A stretch of DNA of 64,000 bases from an uncultured Actinomycetota bacterium (lineage in GTDB: Bacteria; Actinomycetota; Actinomycetes; Prado026), in contig CAWKHA010000004.1 in NCBI GenBank assembly GCA_963849365.1, positions 585,214-649,213 on the forward strand, written 5' to 3'. Both the position numbers and the translations under genes were made by a program. Every line of letters starts with the position of its first letter. Within the stretch, counting starts at the first letter, position 1. Below, piece by piece: positions 57,324 to 64,000 of the stretch. The notes beneath the pieces were generated by a model. It made no database searches. It worked only from the letters and a program-made list of their open reading frames with translations, and was not told the origin of the DNA.

Positions 57324-58770
57324 ATGAGCACTGTCGTCGAGCGGGACCAGGCACCCGACCTCGTCCTGACGCATCGCAGCAGGGACGAGCGCGTCGCCGC
57401 CGGCAAGGCCGCCCGCGCAGACGTGCCGCTCGAGGCCCATGCGCACTTCACCCCGGCGTCCGGACGCGACCCGGTCGCGCTCCTTCTCGAGCAGGGCATC
57501 TCCCGCGTGGCCGAGCTGGTGCCGGTCCGGCACGGGCGGATGCTGGTCTCGCCGTTCACGTTCTACCGCGGGGCTGCGCTGCCGATGGCCGCGGACCTGG
57601 CCGACGACTCCCACGTCCGGGCTGTCGGGTGCAGCTGTGCGGGGACGCGCACCTGTCCAATTTCGGGGCGTTCGCCTCGCCGGAGCGCAGGCTGGTCTTC
57701 GACGTCAACGACTTCGACGAGACTCTGCCCGGCCCGTTCGAGTGGGACGTCAAGCGGCTGGCCGCCAGCCTGGCGGTGGCGGGCCGGGACAACGGCTTAC
57801 AGCCGCCAAGGACACGCCGCAAGATCGTCCTCGCGGCGGTCGACGGCTACCGGACGGCGATGCGCGAGTTCGCGAAGCAGTCCATTGCTGGACGTCTGGT
57901 ACGCGCACCTGGATATCGAGGACGCCATCGTCACGTTCAGGTCGCAGGTCAAGGCGAAACGGTTCAAGGCCGCCGAGGAGATGCTGGCCAAGGCCCACAC
58001 CCAGGACAGCACTCCAGGCGCTGGCCAAGCTCACCACCGTGGTCGACGGGCGGCGACGGATCATCAGCGCACCCGCCGATGATCGTCCCGATCGAAGAGG
58101 TCTTCACCGAGCAGCAGGCCGACGCGATCAATGCCGAGCAGCTGGAGTCGCTGCTGGGCAAGTACCGGCGCACCCTGCAGTCCGACCGGCGGCACCTGCT
58201 CGAGCAGTTCAGCGCTGGTCCAGGTCGCCCGCAAGGTCGTCGGGCGTCGGCAGCGTCGGCACCCGCGCCTGGATCCTGCTGATGGACGCCGGCGACGGGA
58301 TCGAACCGCTGTTCCTGCAGGCCAAGGAGGCCCAGCCATCGGTCCTGGCGGGCTACTGCGGGCGCAGCCAGTACACCAACCAGGGCGAGCGGGTCGTCGC
58401 CGGGCAGCACCTGATGCAGGCCAGAAGCGACATCTTCCTCGGCTGGACCCGCGCACGACCGGACCCGACGGGGTGGATCGCGACTTCTACGTGCGCCAGC
58501 TGCGGGACTGGAAGTTCTCCGTCCCGATCGAGCAGATGCTCCCGACCGGTATGAGCGCTGTACGCCCGGCTGTGCGGCTGGACCCTCGCCCGGGCGCACG
58601 CCCGCTCCGGGGACCGCGTCGCCCTGGCCGCCTACCTCGGCGGCTCCGACAAGTTCGACCAGGCGATCGCCGACTTCGCCGAAACCTACGCCGACCAGAA
58701 CGAACGCGACTACGCCGCTCTCGCAGCGGCGGTCGCCTCCGGTCGGGCCGAGGCGCAGTCCGGCGTGTAG
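57324..58770 (+). pseudogene. DUF2252-family gene broken by at least six frameshifts
   Basis: Conserved DUF2252 segments (RMLVSPFTFYRGAA; LCGDAHLSNFGAFASPERRLVFDVNDFDETLPGPFEWDVKRLAASLAV; LAKLTTVVDGRRRIIS; IVPIEEVFTEQQADAI; GVGSVGTRAWILLMDAGDG...FLGWTR; YARLCGWTLARAHARSGD...) alternate among three frames. Confidence 0.6.
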
Positions 58771-58809
58771 CCGGCCGCGATCACCCACCCCAACCGAAAG
58801 GAAGATGGC

Positions 58810-59286
58810 ATGTCGCACAAGACGATCACCCTCGCGCTCTTCGACACCGAGGCTGCTGCGGACGCCGCAGCCGCATCCCTCGGCGCCTCGAAGCTCGCGC
58901 AGCACGACGCGATCGGCGTTCTCGCCCTCGACACCGATGGCAAGCTCAAGGTGGACAAGGTCGGGGCCCGCAGCACGGGCAAGGGCGCCGGCATCGGCGC
59001 GGTCCTGTGGCTGCTCGGCCCCGTCGGGATCGGCGCGGGCGTGGTCGGCGGTGGCCTGCTCGGAGCTCTGCACCACAAGGGCCTCGGTCTGGACGACAGC
59101 GACCAGGCACGCATCACCAAGGAGCTCGAGGGCGGTCACGCCGCGGTCGGGGTCCTGACGTCGGCGAGCGAGGCAGCCGCCGTGTCTGCGCACCTGGCCT
59201 CCCTCGGCGGCTCCCCGGAGCTGCACGATGCGCCGGACGAGGCCCTCGAGCATGCTGCCTCGCAGGACCCTCCCGCCAAGCCCTGA
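58810..59286 (+). CDS. DUF1269-like glycine-zipper membrane protein (general-stress-protein-like)
   Basis: 158-aa ORF with Gly-rich zipper GIGAVLWLLGPVGIGAGVVGGGLLGA; family assignment from memory. Confidence 0.55.
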   Translation: MSHKTITLALFDTEAAADAAAASLGASKLAQHDAIGVLALDTDGKLKVDKVGARSTGKGAGIGAVLWLLGPVGIGAGVVGGGLLGALHHKGLGLDDSDQARITKELEGGHAAVGVLTSASEAAAVSAHLASLGGSPELHDAPDEALEHAASQDPPAKP

Positions 59287-59317
59287 TCCCCACCAGCGCT
59301 AGCCGGAAGGGCCGCCC

Positions 59318-59974
59318 GTGACCGGCGCGTCTGCGCTCACCTTGGTCCTGCTCGCACTGGCGTTGGCGGCCCAGCCGTGGTCGGTCCTGGCTGCCGTTCT
59401 CCTGGTGGCCAGCGACCGCGGCGTGGCCAAGGAAGTCGCGTATGTCATCGGATGGGTGCTTGCGCTGACCGCGGTGGCGGTCGTGACGGTGGTGCTGTAC
59501 CCGGCGCAGCCGAAGCCGACGTCGAGTTCCGCGGTGCTGAGCGGGATCGAGGTGGCCGCCGGGATCGTCCTTGTCCTGTGGGTGCTTGTCCGGTGGCGAG
59601 GCCCGGCGAAGCCGAGCGGTCCCGACCAGCCCAAGTGGATGGCTCGCATCGACACGATGCCGCCGGTGCTGGCCGGTGCCCTCGGCGCGTTCTTGCCCAA
59701 CTACGTCCTCGTCGTCGCGGCTGTGACGAACGTGCTCGAGCTGGGTCTGAGCAGGGCCGCTGCATCGGCGGTCGTGGTCACGTGGGTCGTGGTCGCATCC
59801 CTCGGTGTCGCGGCTCCCCTGTTCGTCCTCCTGGTGCGTCGGGACGACGCTGCCGGCATCTACCGGAGCTGGCGCGTCTGGCTGCTCAGCAACGGGCAGG
59901 CGATAGTGCTGGTCGTGCTCGGCGTGGTGGGCGTCGTACTCACGATCAAGGGCGTCGTCGGCCTGGCCACCTGA
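59318..59974 (+). CDS. GAP-family membrane protein
   Basis: 6-TM, 218 aa; family assignment from memory. Confidence 0.55.
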   Translation: MTGASALTLVLLALALAAQPWSVLAAVLLVASDRGVAKEVAYVIGWVLALTAVAVVTVVLYPAQPKPTSSSAVLSGIEVAAGIVLVLWVLVRWRGPAKPSGPDQPKWMARIDTMPPVLAGALGAFLPNYVLVVAAVTNVLELGLSRAAASAVVVTWVVVASLGVAAPLFVLLVRRDDAAGIYRSWRVWLLSNGQAIVLVVLGVVGVVLTIKGVVGLAT

Positions 59975-59995
59975 CGGTTCGGGGCGCGGGGCCGC

Positions 59996-61303
59996 TCAGG
60001 CGACCCGAGGCTGCCCGGCTCCGAGGTCCGGAGAGTCCGGGGCACGGTCGGTTCCCCGACTGCCAGGAAGGCCCGGGGCGCCCGCCCCGACCAGGACCTG
60101 GACGACGGCGAGCAGCACCAGCAACAGCAAGGCGGACCAGCCCAGCCGCGACACCGACACGTCGTTCCCCCACAACAGGACGACGACACCCAGGACACCG
60201 ACGGCGACCCGCAGCCATCCGGCGTTCGCGCGAACCCAGCGGCCGGCCGGGGCCACAGGCCCGTCGGCGAGCTTCCCGCCGACCCCTTCCAGCCCGTCCC
60301 GGACGCTGGTGCGTACCGCGGTTCCGGCCCGGTTCGGTCCGGCGAACAGCCCTGCGAGGATCAACAGGACGCCCAGCCAGCACATCACGTGCCAGCCGCG
60401 CTCGAGGTAGCTGAGCATGGTGTCGTAGAACACCGAGCTGGCCGGGCCGAACACGGTTCCGGCGAGCTCGTTGATGAACAGCTGGCGGGCGACCGACAGC
60501 GCAAGGGCCAGCAGCACTCCGTTCGCCGCCAGGAGCACGCCTACGGTCACGACCATGCGCGGGCGACGTCGGGCGAGCAGGACGGCGGCCAGGTACAGCA
60601 CAGCGACGAGAATGATGAGCCAGCGCGCGACCGGGTTGGCGAAGGCGTAGATGGTACGCACCTGTCGCAGCTGCGGGGCGTCCAGCAGCACGATCTGCTT
60701 GTCCACGTTCGGGACGGGGATGTTCTCGACGATCGTCAGGCCGCGGTCGACGAGGCGCTGCTTGACCTGCTCGATGACTACGGACAGGTCCAGCACGACC
60801 TGGTCGCCCTGCAGGGACACCGCGCCGCTGTCGTCTCCCTGGAGCAGCCGGACCAGGGATTGCTGTGCCTTGGTGTTCAGCTGCACCCACAGGTCGGCGA
60901 AGGTGTCGGAGGCGACGAAGTTGCGGACCTGGGTCTCGATGAGGCCATCGATGGCACCGGACAGCGGGCCGACCAGCTTCGCCAGCCTGGGGCGGTCGGT
61001 GATGACTCCCGCGAACACGTCGTCGAGGATCGCCTGCACGTCGACCTGCTTCTGGATCGCGTCGGTGACGTTCGTGACGATCGCGTCCTGGACCTGCGGG
61101 GAGTCGATCAGCGGGCCGACGGTGTCCAGGTAGCGCTGGGTGTCGTTCAGGGTCCGCTGGCCCCAGAACGCCAGAACGGCCGGGGTCGTGAGCAGTGCGG
61201 CGATGACCAAGCATATGACCGCGCTGGCCGCCTTGCCGCGACCCCGGTGCGCGGCGGGCGTCGCCGGGCCCGGCTCGGCGTCGACTGGTGCTGAGCTGGA
61301 CAC
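59996..61303 (-). CDS. integral membrane protein, hypothetical (N-terminal TM, large extracytoplasmic domain, C-terminal TM bundle)
   Basis: 435-aa ORF with coding-like composition. Confidence 0.5.
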   Translation of the reverse strand: MSSSAPVDAEPGPATPAAHRGRGKAASAVICLVIAALLTTPAVLAFWGQRTLNDTQRYLDTVGPLIDSPQVQDAIVTNVTDAIQKQVDVQAILDDVFAGVITDRPRLAKLVGPLSGAIDGLIETQVRNFVASDTFADLWVQLNTKAQQSLVRLLQGDDSGAVSLQGDQVVLDLSVVIEQVKQRLVDRGLTIVENIPVPNVDKQIVLLDAPQLRQVRTIYAFANPVARWLIILVAVLYLAAVLLARRRPRMVVTVGVLLAANGVLLALALSVARQLFINELAGTVFGPASSVFYDTMLSYLERGWHVMCWLGVLLILAGLFAGPNRAGTAVRTSVRDGLEGVGGKLADGPVAPAGRWVRANAGWLRVAVGVLGVVVLLWGNDVSVSRLGWSALLLLVLLAVVQVLVGAGAPGLPGSRGTDRAPDSPDLGAGQPRVA

Positions 61304-61335
61304 GTCATGCCTCCTGGTGGTCGGCGTTTGGACGG

Positions 61336-62031
61336 TCAGAGCGGATCGGCGACCTGGCGTTCGACCTGGGTCGCAGCCAGACGGTCGACGAGCCGGGTAG
61401 CGAAAGCGCGGGCCTGCTCGGGGTACTCGGGCTGCAGGTTCGCCGGAGGGATCGGGATCCCGAGCGAGCGGGGGCGGTCCTCACCGGTACCCAGGTAGCT
61501 GATCAGCGACAGCAGCGAGCGGACCTGCCCGCCGGCGGCGACGAAGTGGGTCTCGTCGACGTACTCCCCGCCGCGCGCGGTGGCCAGCCTGCGGAGCGAC
61601 TTGAGGTTCCCGCGCCAGTACCGCCGGCAGACGACGAACGCGGCGAACCGCTTGCCGGCCAGGACGCGGCCGGACGCATCGGACACCAGGTAGGACCGGA
61701 TCGGCAGACAGGTGGTGAGCCACCAGGTCGCCGAACCGATGCAGACCAGGTCGTAGTCGCCGTCGCGCGCCTCGGCCGGGATGGCGATCTCACCGGTGGC
61801 GCGACGCAGCTGCGCCGGGAGCATCGCGACGACGTCCAGGACCCGGTGCCGCAACGGGAACCGGGAGAATCGATGCAGGTACCGCAGGTCGGTGAGCTCG
61901 ATGCCGGCGAGGGTGACGTCGCAGCCGCGTTCGCGCATCGACTCCGCGACGACGTCGGCCACCCTCCGGTGCTGCTGGGTGAACGAGTAGTACACGACCA
62001 GGACCCTGGGCGCTGACGTGGCTGATGACAT
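61336..62031 (-). CDS. flavodoxin-like fold protein
   Basis: PRVLVVYYSFTQQHRRVADVV ... Confidence 0.5.
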   Translation of the reverse strand: MSSATSAPRVLVVYYSFTQQHRRVADVVAESMRERGCDVTLAGIELTDLRYLHRFSRFPLRHRVLDVVAMLPAQLRRATGEIAIPAEARDGDYDLVCIGSATWWLTTCLPIRSYLVSDASGRVLAGKRFAAFVVCRRYWRGNLKSLRRLATARGGEYVDETHFVAAGGQVRSLLSLISYLGTGEDRPRSLGIPIPPANLQPEYPEQARAFATRLVDRLAATQVERQVADPL

Positions 62032-62066
62032 GGTCACTGGACGTAGGCGCCGGCCATCGCAGGGGG

Positions 62067-62582
62067 CTACGCCGTCTCGAGCTCGTCGGAGGCGAGCAGT
62101 CCGATCTCGACCAGGTCCAGGGGGTGGACCCATTCGTCGCTGACCGCGACCCCGCCGGCCCTGGCGATGGCTGCGCGCAGCGGCACGGCCCAGACGTGCT
62201 CGATCAACGCGATCGCCGCCGCGCTGCCGGGCTCGATGGCGTCGGCGACATTCCAGACCTCGGACTCGTCGATCAGGTGACCGTCCGACCCGGCTTCCAT
62301 CCCGGCGATGGCTCCGGCCTCCATGCCGGCCTCGCCGTCCAGGCCGAGGCCGAGCAGCGCGCCAACGGTGGCGCCCAGACCCTCGGCCTCGGCCACGGAC
62401 AGGTCACTCCACTGCAGGGCGACGAGGGTGCCGTCCATGTTCTTCTGGACCGCGATCGCGTCGATGAGCCGGATGACGTCGTTCTCCCGGAGCCGCCTGA
62501 GCTCCGCGAGGATCTCCCCGGAGAAGTCAGGCTTCTCGAAGCCGACGACGAGCAGCTGTACGGGTCCGATAGTCATGCTCAA
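62067..62582 (-). CDS. conserved hypothetical protein
   Basis: MSMTIGPVQLLVVGFEKPDFSGEILAELRRLRENDVIRLIDAIAV... Confidence 0.45.
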   Translation of the reverse strand: MSMTIGPVQLLVVGFEKPDFSGEILAELRRLRENDVIRLIDAIAVQKNMDGTLVALQWSDLSVAEAEGLGATVGALLGLGLDGEAGMEAGAIAGMEAGSDGHLIDESEVWNVADAIEPGSAAAIALIEHVWAVPLRAAIARAGGVAVSDEWVHPLDLVEIGLLASDELETA

Positions 62583-62636
62583 CGCTCCTGTGTGTTCGCC
62601 GAGCAGGCAGCCCGGACTCGGGACGGGGGACTGGGC

Positions 62637-62900
62637 TCAGGCGCCGAGGATCTTCTGCTTCTGCGCGTCGAACTCTGCCTGTGTGAGCGCGCCGGCGTCC
62701 AGCAGCTCCTTGAGCTTCATCAGATCGCCGTAGGTGTCCTCCGGCGGCGCCGCAGCCGGGGGAGCCTCCTGGACGGGCGGTGGCGGCGGTGCAGCGGCGG
62801 CGGCCTGCTGCTGGGCGGCTTCGGCCTTGGCCTGCCCACGGTTCGACGCCACATGAGCGGTGGCTCCCAGGACCGCTGCGCGTCGCAACATGCGTGGCAT
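62637..62900 (-). CDS. SHOCT-domain protein
   Basis: C-terminal DLMKLKELLDAGALTQAEFDAQKQKIL; start taken at MPRMLRR (alternative 62966). Confidence 0.6.
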   Translation of the reverse strand: MPRMLRRAAVLGATAHVASNRGQAKAEAAQQQAAAAAPPPPPVQEAPPAAAPPEDTYGDLMKLKELLDAGALTQAEFDAQKQKILGA

Positions 62901-62962
62901 GGTGATCTCCTTCGGTCGGGTCCGATGAGGCACATCCTCGAAGCCGGGGAGGGGCCCTGTGC

Positions 62963-63271
62963 TCACCCGGGGAGCGGCTCACCCGGGTGAACAGCCTTGC
63001 TGACCGGCTCGAGGCTGGGAGCCGCGGTGAACGAGACCACGACCAGGCCCAGATCGAAGAGCTGGCGCAGGACGCCCTGCAGCTGCGCCTGGTCGGCGAG
63101 CGACCCGCTCAGCTCGGTCATGCCGTCGCCTGCGGTCAGCGCCAGGCCCTCGAACGCGGCTCCGAAGCGTTGGTCCAGCTCACCCGAGACGACGATCGTG
63201 CACGCGAGCTGGCCCATTGCTGGATCGTCGTCCGCAGGACCGGTCGTTGAAACACCCGCGGCGCGCGTCAC
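62963..63271 (-). CDS. hypothetical small protein coupled to the upstream LuxR-type gene
   Basis: Start overlaps upstream stop by 4 nt. Confidence 0.35.
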   Translation of the reverse strand: MTRAAGVSTTGPADDDPAMGQLACTIVVSGELDQRFGAAFEGLALTAGDGMTELSGSLADQAQLQGVLRQLFDLGLVVVSFTAAPSLEPVSKAVHPGEPLPG

Positions 63272-64000
63272 CCGGGTGAGCCTGACGGCAGATCTCTCTC
63301 GTCGTGGGTGAGTTCCAGCGCCACGAACCTGGCCACCGCTTCGTCCCGTGAGGTCACACCGAGCTTGCGGTAGCTCGCCTTCAGGTGCGACTTCACCGTG
63401 TTGTAGGAGATGAACAGCTGCTCGGCGATCTGGCGCTGCCCCAGGCCGGCCGCGGCCAGCCGGAGGACGGACATCTCGCGATCGGTCAGCTGCTCACCGA
63501 ACTCCGACGCGCGCCGGACCGGCGCGGCGAGCAGCTCCCTCAGCCGTTCCGACCGCTCTCTGAGGTCGCCAGGGTCGGGGAGCCGGTCCAAGATGTCGTC
63601 GGCATGATCGAGATCGGCGACGGCGGCAGCCGGGTCCCCCAGGTCGCGATGAACGGCCGCGAGCAGCAGATGGGCGTTGGCCAGCCAGGCACTGCGGGGC
63701 ATCGCCTCCAGGAGCTCGATGGTCAGCTCGAAGCGTGCCGCCGCGGCCCGCAGATCCCCGCCGCGACGGTCCCGCTCACCGATGGCGAGGTGGACGACGG
63801 CACCCGCCGGGGTGCGGTCCGCGCCGATCAGAGCGAGCTGGCCGAGCACCTGGTCGAGCTTGGCGTCAGCTCGGGAGGCCACCTCGAGAGCCGACTCGGC
63901 CAGGCCGAGGTTGCCGACGCCTACGGCCAGCAGGATCGGGTTGGCGTCCGGGATCTGGCCGACCGCCTGGCGCAGCGTCTCGACCGCCGCAGTGATCCGC
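63268..64000 (-). CDS. large LuxR-family (MalT/TPR-like) regulator, C-terminal part; 5' end beyond window
   Basis: C-terminal HTH LTDREMSVLRLAAAGLGQRQIAEQLFISYNTVKSHLKASYRKLGV; in-frame coding continues to 64000. Confidence 0.7.
   Translation of the reverse strand, partial: RITAAVETLRQAVGQIPDANPILLAVGVGNLGLAESALEVASRADAKLDQVLGQLALIGADRTPAGAVVHLAIGERDRRGGDLRAAAARFELTIELLEAMPRSAWLANAHLLLAAVHRDLGDPAAAVADLDHADDILDRLPDPGDLRERSERLRELLAAPVRRASEFGEQLTDREMSVLRLAAAGLGQRQIAEQLFISYNTVKSHLKASYRKLGVTSRDEAVARFVALELTHDERDLPSGSPG

Noticed and set aside
1-64000. CRISPR array or cas genes
   Set aside because: No series of regularly spaced identical repeats with unique spacers was seen. The only tandem repeats are short (15-bp x2, ~23-bp x5) and without spacer structure.

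Overview
The window is a 64 kb, very GC-rich (about 70-73%) chromosomal segment typical of a filamentous or high-GC actinobacterium. Supporting gene content includes MtrA/MtrB/LpqB-like genes, MmpL, an F420-type Ddn nitroreductase, and DUF2252, DUF4386 and GAP-family proteins. All calls come from reading the six-frame track and the sequence by eye. Most long ORFs in the track are high-GC antisense artefacts and were discarded. Coordinates may be off by 1-2 nt; sequence line 841 visibly contains 61 bases.

Left half, about 1-34 kb (core-like):
- a SARP regulator that runs off the window edge
- PIG-L deacetylase and a secreted purple-acid-phosphatase-like enzyme
- a beta-keto-acid (carnitine-type) catabolic operon: twin hotdog thioesterases, IclR regulator, acyl-CoA dehydrogenase, enoyl-CoA hydratase, BKACE and 3-hydroxyacyl-CoA/L-carnitine dehydrogenase
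- a full-length PQ-loop/SWEET-like transporter with a LacI regulator, and a secreted LamG-like protein
- an MtrAB-LpqB-like triad with a miniature lipoprotein
- an inverted pair of secreted GH26-like hydrolase genes, one frameshifted at a tandem repeat
- a split cytochrome b operon divergent from a large DUF4157(zincin-like)-PIN-like multidomain protein
- ADH, cupredoxin lipoprotein, PAP2 phosphatase, a C-terminally truncated MFS transporter, a polytopic membrane protein with a split alpha/beta-hydrolase fold, and a MarR-MmpL pair

Right half, about 34-57 kb (accessory mosaic), bounded by a tRNA-Lys(TTT) gene at 56850-56922 with ~23-bp tandem repeats at its 3' side:
- two different IS110-family transposase genes
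- an IS110 N-terminal fragment, an IS3 OrfB remnant and a multiply frameshifted tyrosine-integrase pseudogene
- an inverted paralog pair of a PCD/VOC-like gene, with one copy frameshifted
- a DUF4386-Ddn-DUF4386 operon
- sulfatase, K+ channel, TetR-quinone oxidoreductase pair and a LuxR regulator

Beyond the tRNA, 57-64 kb:
- a DUF2252 gene broken by at least six frameshifts
- DUF1269, GAP-family and other membrane proteins, a flavodoxin-like protein, a SHOCT protein
- the C-terminus of a large LuxR-type regulator that runs off the window

No rRNA and no CRISPR array was seen.
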